From NCBI GenBank assembly GCA_963768855.1, contig CAVYJM010000011.1:160001-224000 (forward strand): DNA of 64,000 nt, read 5' to 3'. The notes beneath the pieces are model-generated. The model had not been told where the DNA came from. It ran no database searches and worked only from the letters and a program-made list of their open reading frames with translations. Shown here piece after piece: positions 9,026 to 18,702 of the stretch; position 1 is the first letter of the stretch, and each line of letters starts with the position of its first letter. Origin of the DNA: an uncultured Thermoplasmata archaeon. Its GTDB lineage: Archaea; Thermoplasmatota; Thermoplasmata; RBG-16-68-12. Made by a program: the position numbers and the translations under genes.

Positions 9026-10177
9026 CTACCATCCGTAGTGCTCGCAGAGCTCGAGGGCCCGCACCATGCCGAGGAACTCCCGGGCGTGGAGCAGGAGCCA
9101 CGGCCTGCGACGAACCGTACGGGCCGCGAACCGGAGGGACACGGCCCGCCAGTCGAGACCGTCCAGCTCCGCGCCCACATCGTCCATGAGTCGGTCGGAC
9201 CAACCCCGCACCCGCTCGATCATCCACCAGAGGATCGGGTCGAGGAAGGGCGAGTTCCTCAGGATCCGATCGTACCCGGACATCGCTGCCGGGTCCTCCT
9301 TCTCCAGCGCAGCCACGGCAAACTCGCCCGCGAGCCGCCCGCTGAACAGGCCCGGGTGGATGCCCGCCCCGTTCATGGGATTCGTGACGCCCGCGGCGTC
9401 GCCCACCACGGCGAAGCCCGGGATTGCGTAGCTGGTCAGGTCGTAGCGGTACGGGATCGTGCCTGCGATCGATCTGGCGGAGCGCGCGGGGTCCAGATGG
9501 TGGTCCCGGCAGAACGCCACGGTCGCCGCGTGCGCGTCGATGTGGCCCCCCGCGCCGACGTTGACGGCGTCGCCCTTCGGGAAGATCCAGGCGTATCCGC
9601 CGTCGTACCGTTCCCCGATGTAGAGGCGGAACCGGTCCGGGTCGGGGAGCTCGACCGCCTCCCGGGGGAAGCGATACTCGTACGCGAGGATTTGCTCCTG
9701 GCGCTGGACGAGGCCGAGGGTCTTCGCCACGAAGCTCGTGGGTCCGTCCGCGCCGATGAGGATCTTCGATTCGAAGGTCTGGCCGCCCGCGGTCACACGC
9801 CATCCGCCGTCGCGACGCTCCACGCCGGTGACCCTTGAGGAGGTCTGCAGCTCTGCGCCACGATCCACGGCGCCGCCGACGACCCACTGGTCGAACGCCA
9901 CCCGATTGATGGCATAGCCCGGGAGACGCGTGATGAAGAAGCTCTTCCCGCTCGGGACGATGCAGCAGGCGCCTTTGATCTCCTGCTCGACCCATGCGCC
10001 GTCGGCCCGGAGGCCATTCGACTCGAGGCCGAATCGGCTGACGCCTTCAGCGCACTGCACCGGCTCCCCGACGACTCGCTTCTTCTCCAGGACCAGGGTG
10101 GAGAAGCCTGCCGCCGCGAGGGGCCTCGCCGCCATCCCGCCTGCCGGTCCCGCCCCGACCACGATCGCGTCGTACAC
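9026..10177 (-). CDS. Geranylgeranyl reductase family FAD oxidoreductase
   Basis: YDAIVVGAGPAG, CAEG, IGADG, YAWIFPK, VGDAAG...GAGI. Confidence 0.85.
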   Translation of the reverse strand: MYDAIVVGAGPAGGMAARPLAAAGFSTLVLEKKRVVGEPVQCAEGVSRFGLESNGLRADGAWVEQEIKGACCIVPSGKSFFITRLPGYAINRVAFDQWVVGGAVDRGAELQTSSRVTGVERRDGGWRVTAGGQTFESKILIGADGPTSFVAKTLGLVQRQEQILAYEYRFPREAVELPDPDRFRLYIGERYDGGYAWIFPKGDAVNVGAGGHIDAHAATVAFCRDHHLDPARSARSIAGTIPYRYDLTSYAIPGFAVVGDAAGVTNPMNGAGIHPGLFSGRLAGEFAVAALEKEDPAAMSGYDRILRNSPFLDPILWWMIERVRGWSDRLMDDVGAELDGLDWRAVSLRFAARTVRRRPWLLLHAREFLGMVRALELCEHYGW

Positions 10178-10228
10178 GTCTTCGGGTCGTCCAAGGGGGC
10201 CGCGCGATAAGTGCCTTGCGGCCCCCGC

Positions 10229-10738
10229 TCAGACGCGGCGGGAGACGACGTCCGCGCCGTGGGGCGTGAGCCGGTACACGTAGGGTGGTACACCGCGCCG
10301 GAGCGCGGGCCCGCGCTGCTTCGCGATGAGCGCGATGGCGCTGAGGACCCGGAGACCGTTGACGGTCGTGTAGTCCGAGAGCTCGAGTTCCTCGGAGATC
10401 TCATTCGCGGTCGCCTCCGGGTGGTCGCGGAGGAACCCGAGGATCCGCACCTTCTGGGAATCGAGGGCCTCGGAGGTCTGGCGTTCCATCCGGGGTTCGA
10501 ACTGGAGCCGCTCGTAGATCCGCTTGCCCTGCTCGGACGGCGTGACCATGACCAGGAGGAGCGCGTTGCGCTCGATCTCCAGGAGGTGCTTCGCCACCGC
10601 GGCAGGCGCGATTCCCATCTGGGCCGCCAGCTCGGGGATCCGGGAATCACGGTTGCGGTAGACCTTGTTCTCCACAACGATTGTTAGGACCTCGCGCTGA
10701 CGCTCTGTCAGCTCACGCGTCCAATCGTTCGAGTGCAT
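10229..10738 (-). CDS. Dual-HTH DNA-binding protein (HTH_10/Bat-like N-terminus plus wHTH)
   Basis: LTERQREVL...ELAAQMGIAPAAVAKHL; second domain ILGFLRDHPEATANEISEEL...YRLTPHG. Confidence 0.7.
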   Translation of the reverse strand: MHSNDWTRELTERQREVLTIVVENKVYRNRDSRIPELAAQMGIAPAAVAKHLLEIERNALLLVMVTPSEQGKRIYERLQFEPRMERQTSEALDSQKVRILGFLRDHPEATANEISEELELSDYTTVNGLRVLSAIALIAKQRGPALRRGVPPYVYRLTPHGADVVSRRV

Positions 10739-10934
10739 CCGAAGGGGTAGACATTTCGGGAGAGGACTTAACTGTTTTCGTGCCTGATAACCAATTGACG
10801 CGCGTCTGACACCAAAACCGTACGTTTTTCCGCGCTGAGACTAACATACGCGCACGCGCGCGCACCCGCGTGGTAACGAGAACCGTTTCTGAAAGTCCTT
10901 AACGCCCTCCGGGATAACCGCCGCGGTGGCCTCC

Positions 10935-11816
10935 ATGACGGGCGAAATCATCGACGGCAAGCGCGTGGCGGACGACATCCGGGGCGAGCTCCGCGACCGC
11001 TTGGATCGCCTGCGTTCGCATGGAGTGAACCCCGGGCTCACCGCGATCCTCGTCGGCGACAACCCCGGCTCCCAGCTGTACGTGAAGATGAAGGGCAAGG
11101 CGTGCGAGGAGATGGGCATGGCCCATCAGACCGTTGAGATGCCGAAGGACACGACCGAGGCGGCCCTCCTCCAGGTCGTCCACCGACTCAACCTCGACCC
11201 TACGGTGCACGGGATCTTGGTTCAGCAGCCGTTGCCTCCCCAAATCTCCGTCGATGCAGCCGTCCGGGCCGTCGACCCGAGCAAGGACGTGGACTGCTTC
11301 CATCCCGAGAATGTCGGCCTCGTGCTCATCGGCAGCCCGCGGTTCGCCCCCGCGACGCCTGCCGGCGTCGTCGAACTCCTCGTGCGCAGTGGCAACGATC
11401 CCGCCGGGAAGGACGTCGTCATCGCGGGTCGGAGCAACATCGTGGGGAAGCCGCTCGCGGCGCTCCTGATGCAGAAGGCCCCGAAGGCGAACGCCACGGT
11501 GACCGTGGTCCATAGCGCGACCCGGAACCTAGCCGCTCACACGCGCCGCGCCGAGATTCTCGTGGCCGCGATGGGGGCTCCGGGGACGATCCGGGCGGAC
11601 ATGGTCCAAGACGGCGTGGTCGTCATCGATGTCGCGACGAACCGGATCCCGGACGCGAGCAAGAAGAGCGGCTACCGTACGGTGGGCGACGTCGACTTCC
11701 CGGCGGTGAAGGAGAAGGCGAAAGCCATCACGCCCGTTCCGGGAGGCGTCGGACCCATGACGATCGCGATGCTTCTCGTCAATACCGTCCGCGCGGCCGA
11801 GCTCGCCGCCAGGTGA
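10935..11816 (+). CDS. folD: Methylene-THF dehydrogenase/cyclohydrolase
   Basis: IIDGK, YVKMK, HGILVQQPLP, KDVDCFHP, GRSNIVGKP, ITPVPGGVGPMTIAML. Confidence 0.95.
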   Translation: MTGEIIDGKRVADDIRGELRDRLDRLRSHGVNPGLTAILVGDNPGSQLYVKMKGKACEEMGMAHQTVEMPKDTTEAALLQVVHRLNLDPTVHGILVQQPLPPQISVDAAVRAVDPSKDVDCFHPENVGLVLIGSPRFAPATPAGVVELLVRSGNDPAGKDVVIAGRSNIVGKPLAALLMQKAPKANATVTVVHSATRNLAAHTRRAEILVAAMGAPGTIRADMVQDGVVVIDVATNRIPDASKKSGYRTVGDVDFPAVKEKAKAITPVPGGVGPMTIAMLLVNTVRAAELAAR

Positions 11817-11897
11817 AAATCTGAACAAAGAGGGAAGGGGCGGCCACGCAGCTCCGAGACGGGGAGCCGCGGACCGCTTCGCGATTTTCGAGGATTC

Positions 11898-12467
11898 CTA
11901 CGCCGGATAGAACACCGCGACCAGGTTCGCGTACCAGAACTGGTCGGCCGCGCTCGCTCCCGCGGCCATCCGGCCGTTTACATAGAACGTGTACGTACCA
12001 GAGGCGCTCACCGTGTAGTTGTTCATCACGGCAATGCTGTTCCAGTAGGTGTCCGTCGGGAGGCCGGATTGCACGACCATGATGCCCAGGTACGGGTCGT
12101 CGGGACAAGCACTCGTGTTGTTCTGCACGACGACATAGGCCACGTCCCTCGTCCCGGTCGTGTGCTGGATGTCAAGCATCACGTTGGCGTTGATGACGAC
12201 TTGTCCGGCACGGGGCACGGTGATCGAGATCTCCGCTCCGGTGTACTGGGTGCACGTGGCCGCGAGGACGACAGCGTTCGCGGTGCTGTTCGTGGTCATG
12301 AGGGTTCCTGCGCCGGCGGGCCCCTGGGGGCCTTGAGCACCGGTGGCTCCCGTGGCCCCGTTCGCGCCGTTCGCGCCCGCGGGACCCGTGGGCCCGGGGA
12401 TCGCGAAGCCAACGACCAAGGCGACGACCGCGAGCGCCAGAGCGGCAATTCCCAGTATCGAGCTCAT
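11898..12467 (-). CDS. Membrane-anchored protein with short collagen-like (Gly-X-Y) stalk
   Basis: MSSILGIAALALAVVALVVGF TM segment, then GPTGPAGANGANGATGATGAQGPQGPAG, then a beta-rich domain. An upstream start is possible. Confidence 0.7.
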   Translation of the reverse strand: MSSILGIAALALAVVALVVGFAIPGPTGPAGANGANGATGATGAQGPQGPAGAGTLMTTNSTANAVVLAATCTQYTGAEISITVPRAGQVVINANVMLDIQHTTGTRDVAYVVVQNNTSACPDDPYLGIMVVQSGLPTDTYWNSIAVMNNYTVSASGTYTFYVNGRMAAGASAADQFWYANLVAVFYPA

Positions 12468-12658
12468 TCCGGTTCGGGGAGGGCGGGCCGGCGCGGGGCT
12501 CGGTGTGGGCGCGGGCGCGCTCTCTCCGTGATTGGGCTCTATTGGCGGGCGGTCCGCAGCTGTAGTCGAATAACCTCTCGGTTCGAAACTCAATCCTGGG
12601 AATGGTCCTCTCATCCTCCGAGGAAACCCTTTTGGCCTCTCACCCGTTGCAGAGGGCC

Positions 12659-13984
12659 GTGCGAGTCCTCGTGGTGGGCGGGGGAGGCCGCGAGCACGCG
12701 ATCGTGGAGGCGTTGCGACGCGGTGGGGCCGAGATCCTCGCTGCCATGGCCAACCAGAACCCCGGCATCCGCCGCGTCGCGAGAGAAACCCTCATCGGTG
12801 ACGTGAACGCGGTGGACCGCATCGTCGCCTGGGCACAGGACCAGCACGCGGACTTGGCGGTCATCGGCCCCGAGGCCCCGCTCGAGAGAGGAATCGTCGA
12901 CGCCTTGGAGGCCCGGGGCGTCCCCACGGCCGGGCCGACGAAGGCGGCCGCCCAGCTCGAGACGAACAAGGAGTTCACTCGGGACCTGATGAAGACCTAC
13001 GGGATCCCCGGCCTCCCCTCTTACTGGGCCTTCGACTCGTACGCACCGTTCTCCGAGTTCGTGCTGGACAGCGACTTCGAGTTCGTGATCAAGCCGCTGG
13101 GCCTCACGGGTGGCAAGGGCGTGCAGGTCTGGGGGGACCACTTCTCCTCGAAGGAGGGCGCCCTCGCGTACGGCCGGGAGATCCTCGAGAAGAAGATCGG
13201 CGGCCAGGCCCGCTTCCTCGTCGAGGAGAAACTCGTTGGGGAGGAGTTCTCGCTCCAGGCCCTATCTGACGGCAAGCGCCTCGTGCCCTCCCCTCTTGCG
13301 CAGGACCACAAACGGGCGTATGAGGGGGACCGGGGACCGAACACGGGCGGGATGGGCTCCTACAGCGACGCGGATCATCTCCTGCCCTTCGTCTCGCGCC
13401 TGGAATACGACCAGGCGATCGAGACGATGCGGCGCACGGTCGAGGCGATGACAGACCGCGGGACCCCGTTCAAGGGTGTGCTCTACGGCGGCTTCATGGC
13501 CACGAAGGACGGGCCGAAACTGCTCGAGTACAATGTCCGCTTCGCGGACCCGGAGTCCATGAACATCCTCCCGATCCTGGAGGACAACTTCGTCGATCTC
13601 TGTGAAAGCGTCGCGCGCGGCGGGCTGCCGCTTCGCGCCCACTTCGCCCGCAAGGCCACGGTCTGCAAATACGTCGTGCCGCCGGGCTACGGCACGCACC
13701 CGAAGGCGGGAGAGCAGCTCAAGGTGGACGAGGACAGCATCCGCCGGACGGGCGCCCGCCTCTACTACGCCGCCGTGGACGAGCGGAACGGCCACATCTA
13801 CACGACGACCTCCCGGTCCCTCGCCGTGGTCGGCATCGCGGACGACCTCGGGACGGCCGAAGCGATCTCGGAGGAAGCGCTCGCCTTCATCGGCGGGAGT
13901 TACTACGCGCGGCGGGACATCGGGAAGCCCGACGTCGTGGGTCGCAAGGTCGAGAAGATGCGCAAGATCCGCGGTGCCGCCTGA
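12659..13984 (+). CDS. purD: Phosphoribosylamine--glycine ligase
   Basis: GTG start: VLVVGGGGREHAI, GPEAPL, QDHKR, GPNTGGMG, EYNVRFADPE. Confidence 0.95.
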   Translation: MRVLVVGGGGREHAIVEALRRGGAEILAAMANQNPGIRRVARETLIGDVNAVDRIVAWAQDQHADLAVIGPEAPLERGIVDALEARGVPTAGPTKAAAQLETNKEFTRDLMKTYGIPGLPSYWAFDSYAPFSEFVLDSDFEFVIKPLGLTGGKGVQVWGDHFSSKEGALAYGREILEKKIGGQARFLVEEKLVGEEFSLQALSDGKRLVPSPLAQDHKRAYEGDRGPNTGGMGSYSDADHLLPFVSRLEYDQAIETMRRTVEAMTDRGTPFKGVLYGGFMATKDGPKLLEYNVRFADPESMNILPILEDNFVDLCESVARGGLPLRAHFARKATVCKYVVPPGYGTHPKAGEQLKVDEDSIRRTGARLYYAAVDERNGHIYTTTSRSLAVVGIADDLGTAEAISEEALAFIGGSYYARRDIGKPDVVGRKVEKMRKIRGAA

Positions 13985-14004
13985 TTGACCGAAGGGGCGA
14001 CCCC

Positions 14005-14871
14005 TCATCGGACGCCGTCAAGGAAATCGCGTACAATCTCGATGTACAGAGGCCGCTGCTCCCAGAACGCGAGGTGCGAACTCTCGTCGAACAGGACGAG
14101 CTTTGAGCCCTGGATCCCGTTCTGTATGGCCCGCGCCACGCGGGGCGTGACCTCGTCGTACCGACCGACCGTGACGAGGGCCGGGAGTCGGATCTCCGGG
14201 AGCCGATCCGTCACATCCCAGTCGCGAATCCGACCGGTGATCGTGAACTCGTTCGGGCCGTTCATGATCCGGTACACGAGCCCCGTGTTGTCCATCGTCT
14301 GGACCACTTCGTGGGGCCAGACCCGGAGGCGGCACAGGTGCCTCCGGTAGAACACGTCGACCGCCTTCAGGTACTCGGGATTCCGGAAGTCGCCTCGTGC
14401 GTTGTGCCTCCGGATCGTGGCCCGCACGCGGGGCGGGAGTCGGTTCACGAGCCGCCACATCTCCCGGACCGTGAGCGGCGTGCTCGCGAGGCCGCTCGAC
14501 ACGACGAGACTCCGGAGCGCCTTCGGATACGTCAGGGCGGTCGCGAGGACGAGCGCCCCGCCGTAGCTCGAGCCCATGAGGTGCACGCGCCCGAGGTGCA
14601 GGGCCCGCCGGATCCCTTCGACCTCCTCCACATGATGGTCGATCGTGTAGAGGGCCGTCCCTCTCGGTCGCTGCGACCGGCCACAGCCGAGCTGGTCGAA
14701 GAGCACGACGCGGTACCCGAACTGGGCCAGGTCGGCCAGGGGAAGCAGATAATCGTGCGAGGCGCCGGGGCCCCCGTGGAGGCAGAGGACGGTCCCCTTT
14801 GTCGCCCTCCCGAACGAGCGGTAGAACAGCCGATATCCCAGGACCCTCGCAAACCCCTCCGCCTCGTCCAT
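14005..14871 (-). CDS. pip: Proline iminopeptidase family alpha/beta hydrolase
   Basis: LHGGPG, DQLGCGRS, GSSYGG nucleophile motif, SSHLAFWE. Confidence 0.85.
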   Translation of the reverse strand: MDEAEGFARVLGYRLFYRSFGRATKGTVLCLHGGPGASHDYLLPLADLAQFGYRVVLFDQLGCGRSQRPRGTALYTIDHHVEEVEGIRRALHLGRVHLMGSSYGGALVLATALTYPKALRSLVVSSGLASTPLTVREMWRLVNRLPPRVRATIRRHNARGDFRNPEYLKAVDVFYRRHLCRLRVWPHEVVQTMDNTGLVYRIMNGPNEFTITGRIRDWDVTDRLPEIRLPALVTVGRYDEVTPRVARAIQNGIQGSKLVLFDESSHLAFWEQRPLYIEIVRDFLDGVR

Positions 14872-15006
14872 CGTCGACCCGACCCGCCGAGTGCGTCGGT
14901 GTCCAAGAGGCTTTCGCTCGCACCGATCCGCGTGGCGTGCGTCTCCGGTCCCGTGGTGCGCCGTTGGCCCCAACCCTCAAATAACGGGAGGGCTCATGGC
15001 CGCGGC

Positions 15007-15624
15007 GTGAAGAACCTCGACGAGGTCATCTCCGACATCGAGGGGCGGCTCGACGAGAAGGACGAGGTCCGGGAGCTCGCGATCAAGTCGTCCCGGACGA
15101 TCGCCCGCCTGGCGGGGACCGCGATCCAGGGGTTGCATCGCGGCGAGGACATGCAGGCCCCCCTGCAGGAGACGCGCGAGGAGGTGCTGAAACTCCGGAG
15201 CCTTCTCGACGGCCATCCGGATCTCTTCCACGCGGGCTTCGTGGAGAACGCCATGCAGGAGGCGTGCGAGGCCTTTATTTTCCATTCGATCTTGGAGGCG
15301 GCGATCCTGCCGACCCCGAAGGAGTGCGGTGTGACGGACACCGCATACCTGCTCGGCCTCGGGGACGTCGTGGGCGAGCTGCGGCGATGTGCGCTCACCG
15401 CCCTGCGGAACGGCAACGTCGCGGACGCGTCGCACTTCCTGGAGAGGATGGAGCGGATTCTCGACGCGCTGATGCGGTTCGACTATCCGACGGCGTTGGT
15501 CGCCCTGAAGCGCAAGCAGGACATCGCGCGGAGTCTGATCGAGAAGACCCGCGGCGAGGTCGCGGTCGCCGCCCAGGGTCATGAGCTCTCGAAGAAGCTC
15601 GACGCGATCCGCGGCAAGCTCTGA
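15007..15624 (+). CDS. Archaeal translin/TRAX (C3PO-like) family protein
   Basis: GTG start. RELAIKSSR, QEACEA and YLLGLGDVVGELRR motifs with the acidic catalytic residues retained. Confidence 0.85.
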   Translation: MKNLDEVISDIEGRLDEKDEVRELAIKSSRTIARLAGTAIQGLHRGEDMQAPLQETREEVLKLRSLLDGHPDLFHAGFVENAMQEACEAFIFHSILEAAILPTPKECGVTDTAYLLGLGDVVGELRRCALTALRNGNVADASHFLERMERILDALMRFDYPTALVALKRKQDIARSLIEKTRGEVAVAAQGHELSKKLDAIRGKL

Positions 15625-15766
15625 CGCCTCGGAGGCCGCGCCTCGTTCTCAAGGGCGATTTCCAGGGCCAAGCGCTTTTTAAAAGGCCCCCTCATCGGTC
15701 GTGCCACCTTGAGCAGTCCCACCGCCCGCCCCTCACCCGGGTATGCGGGGGACCGGGGGGAGTCAC

Positions 15767-16657
15767 ATGACGGACAAGGAGAAAGTGCACAGCGGGATTC
15801 CCGGCCTCGACGACCTCATCGAAGGCGGTTTCTACCCGAAGTCGACCGTCGTCCTCCTGGGGTCCAGCGGCACCGGCAAGTCGACGTTCGCAGTCCAGTT
15901 CCTCATGGAGGGCATCGAGCAGGGAGAGCAGGCCCTCTACGTGACCCTCGAAGAGGCGCCGGAACAGATCATGCGCGAGGCGGCCCTCATGGGGTTCGAC
16001 ATGCGCAAGTACTATGAGAAGAGCCTCTTCTTCATCCACCTCAAGGGGAAGAACTTCAAGAAGATGATCGAGGAGCAGCTTCCCCAGCTCGTCAAGGCGC
16101 GCGCCGACTACAACATCCCCACGCGCGTCGTCATCGACCCGATGACGCCTGTGATCTGGGCGACCGGGGACAAGCTCGAGCAGCGCGAGCTCATCGGGAA
16201 GCTCTTCTACACCCTGAAGGAACTGGGCGTCGTGCTCTGCACGGTCGAGGAACACTCGCGGCCGGGCGAGACGATTGGGGAGGACGTCCTCCTGCCCATC
16301 TACCTCTCGGACGGAGCCATCCAGCTCGAGTACTATCCGATCGGAGGCGCGTTCAACCGGACGCTCAAGATCCTCAAGATGCGAGGCGTTCACCACGGCG
16401 AAGGCGTCTATCCCTACCTGTTCGCCCGCGGGATCGGGATCGTCGTCCGCACCAGCCCCGTCCAGATGGCCGAGGAGACCGCGCGGTCCCACACGAAGAC
16501 CTTCGATGAGGCCCTGAAGACCGCGGAATCCCTGAAGGCACCCGCGCGCGTCCTCGAGCGGATCCGGGCGATGCAGAAGAACTGGGACTACGACTACTCG
16601 CCGGAAGAAGCCCTCCAGATCCTCTTCAACTCCTACGGGTTGAGACGGGGAGCCTAG
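15767..16657 (+). CDS. KaiC-like/RAD55 single-domain ATPase
   Basis: SGIPGLDDLIEGG, Walker A GSSGTGKS, YVTLEE, VVID, LKILKMRG; extra C-terminal helical tail. Confidence 0.9.
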   Translation: MTDKEKVHSGIPGLDDLIEGGFYPKSTVVLLGSSGTGKSTFAVQFLMEGIEQGEQALYVTLEEAPEQIMREAALMGFDMRKYYEKSLFFIHLKGKNFKKMIEEQLPQLVKARADYNIPTRVVIDPMTPVIWATGDKLEQRELIGKLFYTLKELGVVLCTVEEHSRPGETIGEDVLLPIYLSDGAIQLEYYPIGGAFNRTLKILKMRGVHHGEGVYPYLFARGIGIVVRTSPVQMAEETARSHTKTFDEALKTAESLKAPARVLERIRAMQKNWDYDYSPEEALQILFNSYGLRRGA

Positions 16658-17446
16658 ATGCCCTACGCGGGAAAGGTCGACAAGACGATGGGGGCCGAGA
16701 CGGTCGGCCACCTCAAGCTCCTCCTGGAGACGGAGCTCCGGCGTTGCCGCGAGGACAACGCCCTGGACATCGCCATGTTCCTGGGCGTCGATGGCCGGAT
16801 CTTCGCGTCCTCCATCCCCAACGAGCTCAATCCGCGCGAGTACCGCCTCCTGAATCTGCTCAAGGGGAACCTGGCCCACATCTGCAACCAGCTCAGCGGC
16901 CAGAACATGATGATGTCTGTCGAGCAGTTCGAAGCCGGGACCGTCATCATCGGCGGGGTCGGGGATCGAGCCTTCCTGGTCTTCCTGACGACCAAGACGG
17001 TCGAGATCACGAAGATGCAGGGCGTCCTCGCGAACGTCGTGAAGACCGCCATCGTGGTCCGCCATCTCTTCGAGGAGAAGCCGATCACCCCTGAAGTCCT
17101 CGCCAGCTACGACGAGTCGGTCGCCACGGAGCTCAAGCGCCTCACGAGGTTCCTCTTCGTCCAGAAGTTCGAGGAGACGAAGGAGTTCAAGAAGAACAAG
17201 GAGATCGACACGTACTTCCGCCAGCGGCTCGGCGCGCTCGTCGGGCCGGGGCCCCTCGAGGAGACCCTCACGCTCGCCTATAACGAGGTGGGTACGTCGC
17301 AGGCGTACATGAGCCGAGACCACTGGAATCGGTTCCTGGTGCTGATCCTCGCGAAGCTCCGCGAGATCCGCGGCGAGGACGTCGCCGACCGCGCGGAGAA
17401 GGAGTGGAAGTCCTACCTGAACGGGGTCCTGTCCTCGTTTGTGTGA
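16658..17446 (+). CDS. Roadblock/LC7-like domain protein with C-terminal helical domain
   Basis: AMFLGVDGRIFASS...SVEQFEAGTVIIGGVGDRAFLVFLT resembles the roadblock strand pattern; starts immediately after the ATPase stop codon. Confidence 0.65.
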   Translation: MPYAGKVDKTMGAETVGHLKLLLETELRRCREDNALDIAMFLGVDGRIFASSIPNELNPREYRLLNLLKGNLAHICNQLSGQNMMMSVEQFEAGTVIIGGVGDRAFLVFLTTKTVEITKMQGVLANVVKTAIVVRHLFEEKPITPEVLASYDESVATELKRLTRFLFVQKFEETKEFKKNKEIDTYFRQRLGALVGPGPLEETLTLAYNEVGTSQAYMSRDHWNRFLVLILAKLREIRGEDVADRAEKEWKSYLNGVLSSFV

Positions 17447-17464
17447 TCCCATGAACGGAGCCGT

Positions 17465-18091
17465 GTGACGATGTTGGATGTCGCCCTCGCATCGCTGATC
17501 GAGGACATGATTGAGAAGGCCGGAGCGGACGGGGTCGTCGAGTTCTGGCAACGGGTCGGGGACGCGCTCGCCTCCCGCATGGGGAAGGAGGCGTACCTGG
17601 GCTGGACCTCGTTCAACGTCGCGGTGCGCGAGGGCCGGACCGCCTTCAGCATCGAGGGTGACGTGACTCCGCTCACGGACATGGCCATCACGGACGTCGA
17701 CGGAGACGTCGTCGGATACCTGTACGCCATGAAGCAGTGCTGCTACGTCCCGACGATCTTCCGAACCCGCTACGCGACCGGCCGGATGAGCCCCGCGGAC
17801 CAGACCGTGATGGATGAGTACAACCAAAACGTCCACAACATCGCGGTCTGCAACTTCTGCGTCTTCCACGAGAGGTTCCGCGAGGAGATCGCGAAGAACG
17901 TGACCGTCTCGGGGAATCCCTTGCTGTCCTACCTCCTCGCGACCCGGGGCTGGAGCGGCGAGACGAAGATCTCCTCGAAGAACGTCGCGATGATCAACAT
18001 CAACGAGGAGCACGTCCGGGCGCTCCTCCGCAACTACGAATGCGTGTACGCGCTCGTGATGCGCGGCGCGCGTCTGAAGGGGGGGCGTTGA
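17465..18091 (+). CDS. V4R/methanogen-output-domain-like Cys-rich protein
   Basis: Motifs QCCY, CNFCVFH and YECVY; the fold assignment is an inference. Confidence 0.7.
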   Translation: MTMLDVALASLIEDMIEKAGADGVVEFWQRVGDALASRMGKEAYLGWTSFNVAVREGRTAFSIEGDVTPLTDMAITDVDGDVVGYLYAMKQCCYVPTIFRTRYATGRMSPADQTVMDEYNQNVHNIAVCNFCVFHERFREEIAKNVTVSGNPLLSYLLATRGWSGETKISSKNVAMININEEHVRALLRNYECVYALVMRGARLKGGR

Positions 18092-18702
18092 TGCCCTCCG
18101 AGTCACGCATGACGGAGTGCAACCCCTTCGTCGAGATTGCGACGGCCCTGTTCCTCGAAGACCTCGCGACCAAGGTTGGCGTCGCGGGGCTCAACAACTA
18201 CCTCGTCAGCCTGGCGAAGAACCTTGCGAACACGATGCCGCGCGAGGAGTATGCGTCGTGGCCGGAGCTCATGGGGGCCCTCGTGTCGGGCCAGTCGATC
18301 CTCGCGACCTTCGAGGACGTCCAGCCCGTCACGGAGCGCTGCATGACGACGGTCCGCTCCCCCTTCGATCGCGGATGGCGGGAGTACGCGAAGCGGGTCG
18401 GGTCCTTCGCCCCGGTGCACAAGGAGGTCGCCGAATATTACAACGCGAAGGTGCGGCCGACGGCCGTGACGTCGGTGCACATCGTCCTCCACACCTTCCG
18501 CGAGACCGCCGCGGCCCGGATCCGGGTGGCGGGGAAAGGCTTGCGGTACGAGACGCTCGCGACAGCCTGGGTCGATGGCCAGGTGATCCTGCCCCCCGCG
18601 GAACGCCTCGATGGGCTCCTCTCCCGCGCGGGCATCTCCAAGACGAAGCTCGGAATGCTGCTCCGCAACCACGCCGACGTGTGGATCCTCGAGCCCGAGT
18701 GA
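18091..18702 (+). CDS. Paralog of the upstream V4R-like protein, lacking the Cys ligands
   Basis: ATG overlaps the upstream TGA; collinear similarity to 17465..18091 is visible by eye. Confidence 0.7.
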   Translation: MPSESRMTECNPFVEIATALFLEDLATKVGVAGLNNYLVSLAKNLANTMPREEYASWPELMGALVSGQSILATFEDVQPVTERCMTTVRSPFDRGWREYAKRVGSFAPVHKEVAEYYNAKVRPTAVTSVHIVLHTFRETAAARIRVAGKGLRYETLATAWVDGQVILPPAERLDGLLSRAGISKTKLGMLLRNHADVWILEPE

